Source: Raillietiella orientalis (lineage: Eukaryota). Taken from it: a DNA stretch of 64,000 nucleotides. Both the position numbers and the translations under genes were made by a program. Location: assembly GCA_036172245.1 (NCBI GenBank), contig JAYWIR010000011.1, positions 558,001-622,000 of the forward strand, written 5' to 3'. Below the pieces are notes generated by a model. It saw nothing but the letters and a program-made list of their open reading frames with translations, had not been told where the DNA came from and did not search any database. Below, piece by piece: positions 10,700-22,700 of the stretch (position 1 is its first letter; each line of letters opens with the position of its first letter).

Positions 10700-12450
10700 G
10701 TTTGCATTTACCCCTCAGTTCTGCTCACTTCGCCGACATCAAAAAGAGGGGATACGCACAGATCGAAGAGGGGTTTTTCTCCATCACCTCATGGATGGGC
10801 GACCCGCTCGAAATTGAAAAATCCTCCCAATCCCAGGCTGAGTTGCAGCGAAGAGAACGCAAAGACAACTCCCTCCCACTCATGTGTTTGCATCCTCTCG
10901 CCTTCATCCTTTTCTTTCGGTAAGGATGGGTGACGTGGAGAGAATTTCGAATAAATGCTAATTAACGCCCGAGAGTTGCAAGCGGTGCGTTGCTGCGGCG
11001 CGGGAAAGTCTAACGGCTCCAAATTTGGAGGAGATGCCTCAAAACGAGTGCTCCAGGGTAGCGGCGAGACGGTGCTCCCTTCCTTCATGCTGGAAGGAGG
11101 GCTGCGCCCGGTTCGTGACTCTCCTGCCTGCAGTGCAATTCGAAGCGATCCAGCAGGGGTCACGAGTGAACCCACCTGCCATCCGGATCGAAAGGGAGCT
11201 GACGTTTGGGACAACGTTTCCATCCGCCACACTCCCCGCAAGCATCCCTCCCTCCCAGTTTCGTTCTTCGCCATCCCTGGTTAAACGTCATTCTGCGGAA
11301 GGAAGCCGAGCGAACCCTTGACGCAGCTCTGAGCAAGTGGGGGCTCTGGGAAGGCAAGGAGGATCGGGATGTTTCGTGGCTCTTCCTGGACAACCCTTCC
11401 GATTGCGGACTGTGTAGCGTGCCGACCTGCTGGTCAGCCGTAACATTGTCGGGGCTAAGACGCGTGTCTCCGCGAAAGCTCGCGACCTCTGCCATCGGCC
11501 GTCGAAGCCCAAATTTCCCAGTGGCTTCCGGGAGTCTGCGTTCGGAATCGGGGTCGGGAATCGGGAAGTGGGTGCGTTCGCTGACGGGACTGATGGTGCA
11601 GTGGCAGTTGTTCAACGCGCGGCTGTTCTATCCAGAGGGGTCGCGGCGCTGGGGGTACGCTTTTCTCGCATCTCCCGAGATCTTCCCTTCGTTCCAAGCC
11701 GACAGGTCCGAGCCCCATCTCGGCAAAGGAGCACAGCCGTCCTCTCGACCCCTTCCCTGCGTTTACAATGGACCTCGTTGAGCTCCCTCCTTACTGGCGG
11801 CTCTGACTTCTCGCGTTACGGATCGAGGCGGAGGACGACACTGGGCGGGGCACCGCCTCCGTTCTGCCCTCGAACGCTAGCAACGGAGTGTCAGGGAGAT
11901 ACAGGAATTCGCCTTGCTTCTTTTGCGTTCCCGTCGCCGGATGCGCTTCCTACGCCCTCAGGCTTCCGGCGAGTTGCCTTCATCGGGATATTCGCGGACT
12001 AATCGGTTCGTTGTGCACGAGGAACAAGGGAAGCGGCCGCCGTCCACGGTCGATTCCGGTCCGAAATTCCTCGTCGCCAAGCAACGGCAGCAAAGAGGAC
12101 GAGGCGGGAAAAGTTGCTGGTTCAGGTGATACTCTGCGGGCCCCCTTCTTCCTCGAAGGTGAATCAAGATGGACCGAGTGGAGTGAGTTTTCGCAACGTC
12201 CAGGGAAAAGGAGAAACACACGAAAAGCAACCGAGAAACACTGTCATTAAAGAGCTGAGGTTGTCTGGAATTCATGTCCTGGGTGTTCAGGCTAGAACAG
12301 TACCTTTTTTGTGCAGCCGGCACGGCGGTTGCCAACACGCGTTTGCAGTCACGCCTGCATGCGCGTCAAGTAGGCCATGGCCCTTCCGAAACGGGGTGAT
12401 CACGCTTTGGTCATCATCGTCATCAATGCCAATGGCGAGGAGCGACCACG
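10700..12450 (+). mobile_element. Near full-length decayed Penelope-like element (RT plus GIY-YIG); boundaries approximate
   Basis: In order: DLLVSRNIVGAKTRVS (from 11424; DxLVSFDVxSLFTxVP-like), QLFNARLFY/RGVAALG (FNxxxYxQxxGxAMG-like), SCLHRDIRGLIGSLCTR (SxHPxxxKxGxIxxLxxR-like), VIKELRLSGIHV..RTV (linker), AVTPAC/ALPKRGDH (EN-like). Confidence 0.68.
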
Positions 12451-15400
12451 GCAACGGAGAAACTGTAGGCCACCGCCGCTGTCCGGCGGAAGGTGGATCG
12501 CGGGAAGAGAAGGAGGAATCGAGGTCTGCCGAAGCGGACCGCCCCGGGTCGGTGACGTTCCAAACGGGAACCTCGCAGGTGGTTAGGGAGGATGAGTTCA
12601 CAGTTCGAGACGTTTGCGGTCGCTTCAGATCAGCCGTGGTCATCAAAAGAGGTAAAGGAAGACGGCGCGCTTCGGAAAGGGAGAGGAGTCTGTTCGCCTG
12701 GAGTATCCGTCCCTTTTGAAAGGGTTGCATCGCAGAGCGGCAGCGGCAGCAGCCAACGGCCGCCGTCGGAACAAGTGCCCTCGGAGCGGGGTCGCCAATG
12801 ACCCCGTCGCGAGGAGCGACGGAGTGACTGACTGGGCACGGTTGCGGAAGCGTTTCGAGGCCGTGTGCGCGCTTCCTTTCGAGAGAGGACCGGCGCGACC
12901 TCACTCCCCCCTCCCTCACCGCAGGGAACGGCTGTGGCGGCGGAATTCCGGGAGCCACCACGCGCGCCTACATCCATGGGAACAGACGCGGAGCGAAAGT
13001 CGCTGTCGCCGCTGCGAGGCAGGTGCTCTCAGGAACACCCAGGAGGGAGGGGACGGACGCGCGCGCGGGAGAGATGCGTGGCGGCCTGCCGTTGCTGCTG
13101 ACTCACACGTTGACCGTCCGTCCACCCAAAGCGGCGGCGAGCTCGAACCTGTCCAGGATGCGGTAGCTGAGGTGGAGGCGGGCGGGCGGTGCTCCCGCAT
13201 GATCGCCTCAGCGGCCGCGCGCTCTTCACCCAAAGGCGATACTGCGCCTGATGTTTCGGCGCGCCTCCGGTTCCGGCTGGACTCGGCTTTCCCCCCCTTC
13301 TCTCCTCCCTCCTCCTCCTCCTCCTCCTCCCCTTCCTGCGGGTCGATCCCGCGAGCAGGCAGGTGCAAGTGCGCGATAAAGGAGGAAGCATCCAACTCGG
13401 CGAGCGAGGGCGGGGCGCCGTCCGTCTTTCTCTCTTCACCGTGCGAGGAGATGGCGGGCGCCGCTGCCAACCACTTACTACTCTTCGGGACTCCTGCCGC
13501 GCCCGGTTCTTGCGCAACCTCCCCCTCCCTTGAGTCAGACCAGAGATTGATCGAGGGAATCGCATGCTGCGCGCGCATCGCAGCGTCCCCCCCCCCCCCT
13601 TCCTTTCACCCCTCACCACTGCTTGCCCTCTGGTTCGACGGGATCGCGCGGTTCGGAGCGGTCGAGGTGGAGGAGGTCTCCTCCTGCTCGTCCTCTTGCG
13701 GTCTCCTGGGCGACGAACGGGGGGGCTGCAGGCCTTCGAAACGCCCTTCCCCTCGCATCCTGGGCGCAGGCGCCGGACACAGAGCGGGCGCGACCGGCAT
13801 TCCAGACGAGCGTCCGGGAAGGGAACGGAAACACGCCTTCCTCCTTTCCCTTTGCTCCCGAGCGGCGCTCCTCTCTTTATGCCGGGGGCGGCGCGATTCG
13901 TCCTGAGATTGTCGGTTGTGAGAGAGTGAAGAAGGAGAGGAGGGAGCTCGTCCCGGATGCCGCCGTTTCCTACTCCTCCCCCTCCTTCCTTGTCCTTCCT
14001 CGCGCGCATGAGCGCCCTCGCCGGTCGGAAGAATGTCGCTGGGTGGGCCCCTCCAGGCGCCTTGGAAAACCCTCACCACCGGAAGGGTTCCCAAAAAGGG
14101 AAGGGGAAGCGCTCTCCGAGGGCGGGACAAGGAAGAGGAGGAGAGTGAGCTGGGAAGCGAAAGTCTTTTAAGAGGGAGGGGGGGGGGGAGAATGGACGAG
14201 ACCCGGAGGCGGAGTCTGAGAGGAGCGCGCTCCCCCGCTGCCGCCGCCTCACGCCCTTCGCCGTCCTCGGCGACGGAGCTTCACCTTCGAATGTCCAGCA
14301 AAAAAAAAGACAAAGAAAGAAGAAAGAAAGAAAGAGAGAGAGAGAAAAAAAAAAATAGAGACGCGGCGCGGGGCGTGCGCGAGAAAAGTGAATTTCCTTG
14401 AAGTCACGGAAGGAGCTGACCGGTGGGCGCCTGCATCCGGAGGAGCCGGATCAGGGCAGCGGCGGCAGGGATGCATCCGGCAGCCGCGCCGCGTTCGCAG
14501 CGCGGTGGAACGCGGGAGTGCGCAGAGGGCAGTCACGCACGCTGCTCCTCTACGCTATCGCTCGCTTCTCCTCCACCTCCTCCTCTTCGTCGTCGTCGTT
14601 GGGGGGGAGGGAGCGCCTTGGCAGACGGATCGATCCATGCAGATTCGCTCGAGAGAGACTAGAGAGAGACGAGGAAGAAGCGCAAGAAGGTGATGACGAT
14701 GAAAAGGATGATGGTATGGGAGGCTGATGATGCGCGCACGGACGCGCTCTCTTGCTGCTGCCGACGCCACCTTTGCTGTCGCTCTCCGTGCAACTGATCC
14801 GACCGCAAGCACTCGATCACCAGCAGCCGCGAAACCTTTCTCCCGGTCCTACCGGATCGCAGCATCCGTCTGTGTAGCTGTTTCCTAACACCCCCTCATC
14901 CGATTGCAGCCCAAACGGCGTCCACCAGAGGCGCCGCCGTCGCCTCACGGCCGGAGAGGAGGGGGAAATGAGAAGCCGAGGGAGTGGCGAGGCGGTCCAC
15001 CGAGAGAACGCGCGCGGGAGTGGGGTGGAGTGGGCAGGAGTGCGATGGATGGGGTGCGTTGCTGGTACCCCCTCCTTCTCCTCCTCCTGCCGACTTGGCT
15101 CTTCGCACGCGTGCGAGCCTTTCTGAGAGCTGCGGCGGCACCCGAGGCGTCCTGGATGCTCCGCTCCGGCGATCACCCGCCTCTCCTTCTCTCTGCCCCT
15201 CCTCTTCCCCCCCTTTCCTTCCCAGCTGGCGGATGTGGCGCCCTCCGACAACGCTCGCAGATGGCCGCGGCTTCCACCTCGGAATTTCTCCTGGTGGATG
15301 CTAGGGAGATGCCTCCTCTGGGTGGGCCTACCGGTCGCTCCCTTTCGCTTCCTCGTGCTCCTCACCGAAGAGGTCCGATCCCCGTTGCCTGAGAGACCCC

Positions 15401-15899
15401 GTGTCTAGCGACGATCCGCCCGCGTCCCGGATGCCGCAGCATCTCTCGCGGTGCTGCAGCGTCCCTCGGGGCGCGCAACCTCGTCCGTTCTCCAGAGAGG
15501 ACCGTCGCCGTCGCCGCGACCGAAAGGTCTCGACGATGGTCCCGGTCTGCCTTCCGCGAGGGTCGCGGCGAGAGCGGCTGCAAGAATCTGGGGGGATCCC
15601 GAGATGGAAGAGGAGAGTGCAGGGAGAAAGGCGATCTCCACTAGAGTTCTCTGGCAAGGCTTCCTCCATCCTCGTCCCCGAAAGCTCTGAAGGGAGGATT
15701 GGATCCCGGAAACTCCACTCTTCCTCAACCCTTCCCCCTCCCCCGCTCCCTCTTTACTTCGCCGCGCCTCAGTGTCAGTTGCTGTGCCTCCCACGCGCCC
15801 GGCGTGGAGCTCGACTGCTCAACACCTCCGGGAGGGAAACCTCCCGTTCGACGGACGATGAGGGGAGGGGCTCAGGGAAGAGGTATCTGGGCACAGAGC

Positions 15900-16650
15900 G
15901 CCTAGGGGACGCAAAAATGACTTTGTGGACGCGGACAGGAGGACGTCTCAGTTTCTCAGCCCTTTTGGCCCCTTGTTCGTCCCCTGGCACACTCCAGAGG
16001 AGGCAGGAGGGGGGAGAGGAAGATGCAGCGGGGAGGAAGAGGAGGAGGAGGAAGTGCCGGGACCCTCGCAAGGAAAAGGGGTGTAGTGGGAAGTACCAGA
16101 GGGAGGTGCTCTTCCGCGTGCGGAAGACGCAGCGAGACTTCAAGAGTGGAGGGTGGGGAGGGAGGACCAGCATCTCCGAGAGCCCACGGAACTGGGCAGC
16201 AGAGCCTGCGGAATCTGTGAGCAGCGGCTGCCCGCAGGCTGCGAGCATCTCGCGAAGCCTTGAGCAAAGGAGACCGAGGACTGACGGGGAGGACCATCTT
16301 GAGACACCTTCGGGTTCTCTCGAGACAACTCCAGCGCTGCCTCTCCTTCGACCCTGGCTGCGATGGGGAGGGTCTTCTTGGAGCTCCCGGAAGGCCGTAC
16401 GATCCCGCGGCAGGCGGAGGACGTGAAGACTCCAGTGGGGCCGTTGACAGCAGAGAGAAAAGAAAGCGCTACTTTCACCTTGCGCCGAAGAACGAGGGCG
16501 AAAGAAGAAGGGAAGCCCTCCGAAGCACGTTCTATTGGGAAAGGGTCAAAGGACCTTGGACAGGATCCCTCCGGATGGGGCAACCGCGGAGGATTTGGAG
16601 CGGGAAGCGGCATTCCGGAACCCTGCACGTTTCCGGTCACTGCACGCATC
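15900..16650 (+). mobile_element. Possible decayed Penelope-like RT C-terminal fragment
   Basis: LQRCLSFDPG, VKTPVGPLTAERK and KRYFHLAP..REALRST occur in the order expected for RT domains 6-7 and thumb; weak match. Confidence 0.3.
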
Positions 16651-18499
16651 CCGGCCTGCACCCCGCGCGTCCATCCCCGCCCATGACTTCCTCGGTTGCT
16701 AGCGCTGAGAAAGTTTGCCTCTCCCCTCCTTCCCCTCCTGGAGTTCGGTGAGCAGTCCTGGAAGGAGAGGGAAGCGTGAGGAGAGAGTCGCGGCAGCGGA
16801 GGCGGTCCGCGACGGGAGTTGACTGCGAACACCCCTGAAGTCCGTCCCCTTGTCCTCAGAGAAGGAATCTGGGAGAGACGGGAGTGAGTGAGAAGGAATT
16901 GCAAGGGGAGAACCTCCCTTTTTTCTCCTTCCCTGCTCCCCGTCACACTCCCCTTTCGTTCTTTTGCTGCCGACGCTCTGTTCACACTAACAATAGGAGG
17001 AGGATGGGAGGTTTATCGGCTTCAAGAGGAGCGGGATGAAGGCAGTTCTCCGAAATAAAGAGTGGGAGAAAAGGGCGTGGGCACTCCGCAGGGCGAGAAA
17101 CGCCCGTGGGGGGAGAAGCACCAAAGTCCACCCTCCCTTCGCGAGTGTGTGAAGGGGAAGAGGAAGAGAAGGAGTTTCCGTGGAGACGGATGCGTTCACT
17201 CGGTAGACCTCTCCTCCGTCCTGTCGGGGCCGAACAGACACGGCGTAGTTCGCTGGGCGGAAGGACCATCTCCCTGTTCCCCCCCCCCCCTTCCTACCGC
17301 TCTTCGGCCTCTCCTCCCGGCCGAGCACCGAGAGAACAGCAGAGCCTCTGCCTCCCAAGGAGTCTTCGCCCGCCCCACCCACGTCCTGTAGCTCGCGCGC
17401 GCCATCTCGACATCGGTCCCGCGGTCTTTTCGCGGCAGAGATCCGTTGCTTTCTTCCTTCGTCGCTGCGCGCAGCATCGCCGTGCAAAGCGGAGGCGGAC
17501 AGGAGCCAGCAGAATCTCCTCGATGGACCTCCTTTCCGGTTGACTCTCGAGACATTCCCGTCCGCGGAGGCCTGCGCGTCCTCGTTCCCGTCCGGTCCGA
17601 CTCCGCTGAACGTCTGCTGATCCCGGCGTTCGAGACCCGAGGGAATTTTCCGTCACCTCTCGTTACGGCTCATCCCTGCCGCTTTCCTGCCTTTTCCCCC
17701 GAAGCTCGACCGAGACGGGGAGAAAGGGGGAAGAGTCTGAGGACGGGATCTGGAATTCCGGCAGATCGCGTGCGTGCAGCCTGAGCAGCAAGGGCCAGCG
17801 AATGACCCTGTTGTCACGACCGCAGTCGTTTCGCCGAGTCCCCCTCATCCAGCGTGGGTTCGGCGCGCCGTCCCTTTCTGCGCCTGCGCGGGCCGCTCTG
17901 CACAACGCGCGCGCGCAAGTGAGAGCCTGGACGCTTGGAGTCCTGGGTTCCCGCAGGATCCTGGCGGTCTCTCGCGGGGATAGCGCGCTGCCGTGGTGTT
18001 CAGGATGCTGCCGCGCGAGGGGACCATCGCAGGAGCTCGGAGCGCGCGCGCAAACAGTGACACCAGACGATCGTTACCGCACGGGACTTTCAGGTTGCGT
18101 GGTGCACCCACGTATTCGTGGTGTACATGCGCGCGCTTGTGCGTCCCTTGGCTGCTGCTACTCCACAGGCCTGAAGAGAAGCGGAACGCATCCTTCGCTC
18201 TGGAGAGCGGGATCGCGTGCGGGGGCGAGGGCCCCTTCGGATTCACCCCCGAGACCGGCGCAACGCGCTGTCTCTCCCTTGACCCCGACGGGGGTGGGGA
18301 AGGTCTCCGTGGAACTCCTGGAAGACCGTAGGATGTTGCGCGACAGGAGAAGGACCTGGTTGGGGTCGTCGGCGGAAGATGGGGCAGCCCTGGGAAGAGG
18401 ACGCGTTTAGTGCCGGGAGAAACCTGGACCCTCCGGGATTGCGGTTGCCCGCGCTCGGGAGAGAAGCTGGCAGCCGCTGCCGCAGCGCCCTCGGAAGGA

Positions 18500-19750
18500 A
18501 CGCGCCTTCAAGGAAGAACGGCATCGGTGCCGGGAGCGTGTGCGTAGTCCCAGAATTCGCGCAAGAGGGTGCTGTGGCACCACCGCCGGAGGAGCGGACA
18601 GAACAAGGGGAGATTTCCGCGGCCAAATCCATTCTTACCGAACCAGCATCGGGGTTCTCGTGGCACCTCACGACGGACTACTTTATTATTGCCCGGATAG
18701 CGGAGGAATTCCAGCCTTCCAGTACGCAGCTCAGCTGCCGGATCAAGGATAAGGTCCGCCATTCGGGAGATCTCGGATCGTCCTCGGGAGTGAAGATCCT
18801 TTCCTCAGCCCTCCTTTGCATCCCTAGGAGCTCTCTGACCGGTCTTCGGCAGTACCCTCTGGCGGGTACTTTGCTGGAGGCTCGGCATCATCGCAAACGG
18901 GAGGGGGGGGGGGGGGTTCGGCGCGCCCGTTTTTTTTTTCTTCCGGGGGAATGTACTCCGAGTGAGCGGGGAGAAGAGCTGTCCAGCGTCCAATCTCGCC
19001 GCAGCCTCCGCCTCGCAGGTCTTCTGGCGACCGTTCCTGGTGACCCCTTCACCAACAGCTCGCCCCCGCGTACGGATCACATTGGCGAGCGGCCTCGACG
19101 TCTCCGTAGGGTGCGCGTGCGCCACCAGGTGAGCAAAACTGCCCTGACGCGTGCAGGGATTCCGTTCCGGGGAAGGGACTGCTCCCCTTCCCCTCTTCCG
19201 TCTCCCGAAGCACGCAGGGCTCAGAACACGCCGCCGCCGCTCAGAACACTGTCCCCGGGATTTTTGACCAGCTTTCGGTGCTGACTGCTTTCACGCTCGG
19301 TTGAGTCCGAGGTAGGGGCGTGGTAAGGGAGGTGGAAGACCCGCATGCTCGACCGCCCCTCCGGGACTCCTGTCTGCCGCCTCCGCCACCGCAGTCATGT
19401 GGCTGAGGAACGCGCGCGCGGGCGGACCGGCAGAGCGAATGGAGCGACCCCCATTCTTGTTCGCAGCGGACCTACCTTCGGTCTCGCTGTCCCCCGATCC
19501 CTCCAGCATTGTTTGCAGGTCCTTCGCAGGAGAGTCCCGGAGTTTCAAGGAGATGCTCGCCTCGGGGCAGCGGCGGTTACCTGAGAGCGTCCAGCTGCAC
19601 CCTCCAGGCAGCAACGGCAGCTCTCCATCTCGGGGGATCCAATGGAGGAGGTTTTCCCGCTCGATTCGTGGCCCGGGAGTTTCCAGGTGGAGGGGGCATC
19701 GCACGCGCGTCTGCCGACTCATGGCAGGCGATGCGAAGGACGCTCTCGCG
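18500..19750 (-). mobile_element. Decayed Penelope-like RT (domain 3 to linker); boundaries approximate
   Basis: In order: ENLLHWIPRD (SLFTxIP-like), GPPARAFLSHM (LANIFM-like), QRRAEERIFTPED..EGWNSSAIRAII (thumb), NLPLFCPL..TLLREF (linker). Confidence 0.45.
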
Positions 19751-22099
19751 GTGCAGGAGTTCACCGAGGAGAGGCACAGCTCGGGAGCCCCCCCCGGACA
19801 TCTCGATGCTTGCTGCCCTCAGGCAAATCTCGCGCTCTCGTTCTACAGGGTGATCCTCCCTGCTCCTCCTTCCCTTCGGCGTCTCCCTCGCCAATGCTGA
19901 GGTCCGAAACGTCTCCCGCATCGCCTCGTCCTCGCGGTCGCCAGAGGGCCCTCGGGAGCTCGCGGCTGCGATTCGGCTCCCTGCAAGAGCCACCCTTCCT
20001 CTCCCCCCACTCTCCAGAAACTCTGACCCCCCGGTGATGTCCTTCGCTGCCACGAGTGCCAAACATCAGAGGAAGCCAAGTTGTTCGCCTCCCCGCCCCT
20101 CTCTTTCCCGAGAAATTCGAAGGGGTCATCCCCTTAGTATCCCGAACAAGGACGCGAGAGATTCGGGGAAAGACCAGCGCCCTCCAGTGGAATCTGCGGC
20201 AGTCTTCTCGCATCCGCCGACGCTACCCCTCCCCGGCATCTGCTGGCGATTCTGAGAAACCGGTCTTCTCCGGCGAGAGAATTCATCCGCACCAAAAGTG
20301 AGAGAAAGCAGTGGCAAGCGGAGGAAGACCTTTCGGAAGAGGATGGGGGTTAGAGGTGGGGGGAAAGGGATGCACCCTGCACCTTTCTCCGCCTTTCCCG
20401 TTCCCTTTCTCGCCGGAAACCACCCGCTACCCGAGAATCATCCCTCGGGGGGGTTGCAGCACCGGCGCTGCCAGGCCAGCTCTTCCGGTAGGGCATCCCT
20501 GGGGAAGCGTGGGATCGATCCTCGTCCCGGGTCCCCATCCCGTAGGGGCCTCCGTTCCCGAGTGCGCGCGCGGTCCCGATGCCTCAGCCCGCTGTTTCCC
20601 CGCCTCGCCGCAGACGGGCGCCACCTCCGTCCGGGCTGGCGCGATCCGAGCACGAGAAAGGCGCTGGGGTCAATTTCGTCCCTCTTCCGCGTGTCCTTCC
20701 GAACCTCTTTCGAGCCTCCGCCTTTTTTTTTTTTTTCCTGCCTCTCCTTCCCCTCCCTCCTCCCTGAGTTCTCTCTCCCTCTATCTCTTTCTTTGCCCCG
20801 GGGAGTGCGCGTCTTCGTCACGCCCTAAGGAAAGCACCCGCTGGCCCGGCCCTGACGTCACGCATCACTCGTGCCTTTCTTCGGCCGGGCGGCAGCAGCA
20901 GCTTCCCTGATTGTTTGATTTATCGCGTCCCAGATTCCAGCACCTCTCTCCCGATAATTTATCGGCGGTTCGGGGAAGGACAATTCGCGCGCGCCCCGAA
21001 AAGCGGGTTCGTCCACGTCCACTCCGCCGGAGTCGTCGCCGTGCTCGCACTCTCCCTCCCCCCCCTTTCCGCTCTCTCTCTTCCTCGCCTTTTCCAAGAA
21101 CGCCGAGAGGATGGGGGAGGGAGGAGGAGGAAAAGTTGCTTTACCGCCGGCCTTCGGCTGGCTTCCTCGTTCTTCTTAATCTCAAGATCTACGCGTGCAG
21201 TTCTGGAGGATCCAGACGAATGGGACAGCCGGTTTCTTTCTTTCTTTTTTTTTTTTGTCTGTCCCACAAAGGATGTTGGAATGCAGGCCAAGAAGAGGCG
21301 GCTCGGAGGAAGGAAGGTGTTGTCTTCGCGGTTCTTCGCAAGGGCACCGTCAGCTCCGCAGCCAGTCGGCGGCTCTTGGCTGCTTCCCCCCGGGAGTTGG
21401 GATCTGCGACCCAGGCGGCCGGAAGGGGCGTAGAGATCGCGCGCGTCCACATCAGGCGGCGGGCTGGAGGAGGGGAGGGGAGCTGCGGATCGGAAGGGTG
21501 CGGCAGCTCCAGGTGGACAGTCCGAACCGAGAGTGATTGGCGTGAGACACGCGTCTCAGGCAAGCACGGCCGCGGGATGCTGCCTGGACCAAGCATCCTG
21601 CGCTTCCCTGCAGCTTCATTAGCTCGGAGACGAACCCTCCAACATCCGCGAGACATGGAAATGGACCCGACCCTGCAGATGCGTGGGCAGTTTCTTTTTT
21701 TTCCTTCTTTTTAGAGATGGCTCACGTGGAGAGAACGCAGCAGCGCGGCGCGCTCACGGAGGAAGTTCCGGTTCGGTCCCTGCCCCATCGCGCCGTTCGG
21801 GTTGCTTGGGAGACCGCCCACTGCTTCACGTGGATGCTTTCAGCTCTTCGAAGAGCCGACCCGAGGGGAGAGAAAGCTACCGGCACGTAAGGAGGGCTGC
21901 GGCGCAGCTGCCACCTCCGTCAGCGGGGACAACGGGTTCCTGCGTCAGTAGGGGGAACTCGCGTCGCCCTGGAAGGTGGGGAGGGAAGCGCGCCGGTCGT
22001 CCCGACGACCTTCGGAAAGCAGCGGCTTCCGGCGAATCGCGGAGGGCATTCCTCTCGCGTGCCCCCCGCTCGGCCTAGCAGCAGCAGCGCGTTCACAGG

Positions 22100-22700
22100 C
22101 GCTGGCGCGGGGCAAGACACACTGGCGATGCTCCCTCGGCCCGCCCGATTCCTCGCTTCCCCCGCTTCAGAATGACCTGGTGGCGAATTTCTGCCCCTCG
22201 GGGGCCACGTCGAGGTCGTTTAAGCCGGGACGACCCTTACCATAGGCTTTCTGCACTCTCAGGAGGGGCGCCTCACGGTGCGGACGCAGAGCTTGGAATT
22301 CCCATCCGAGAGACTACCTAGCAAAGAGGGCCGCGCTTCTGCAAGAATCGGGCGTGCGTTTCCGGTTCGCTCATCAGTCGCCATCGTTACCCTTCCTCGA
22401 GGTAACGGGCAGCGCCACGTCATCGCCGGTTTGTTCCTGCCTCTTTGTCAACGGTACGCTCGCTCTCCTACCCCCTTTCCTCCCTCCAGGGAGTTTCGGC
22501 TGTCCCAGGAGGAAGGGCTCGGCGGTGACGGGTCCATCGCGACGGGCCGTTCCCGCAAGATCTCCTACTCCTCTGGAATGAGATCGTGTCGCCTGTCCGA
22601 TGGACCGGAACGGCGACAGAATGCGCCCGAAGGGCAGGATCCGGTCTTTCAGAAGGGACCTATTCTCGGATGCCCGCCCGTCCTTCCCACCCACCCCTAG
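22100..22700 (-). mobile_element. Decayed Penelope-like RT fragment; boundaries approximate
   Basis: LLKDRILPFG..SIGQATRS (domain-4-like) followed by NDLDVAPEGQKFATRSF (FLDVxVxxxGxxxTxVY-like). Confidence 0.42.

Noticed and set aside
10583..10720. Possible exon ending GSLKDVAGC-K as the missing ZP-N first half
   Set aside because: No PFxGxIY-like motif, wrong Cys spacing and no clear acceptor.
22345..22385. Minus-strand CTGATGA...GAAACGCAC hammerhead-like core
   Set aside because: Stem II cannot close (G opposite G), there is no NUH triplet and no stem I pairing. My by-eye check of other CTGANGA sites also gave no intact hammerhead.
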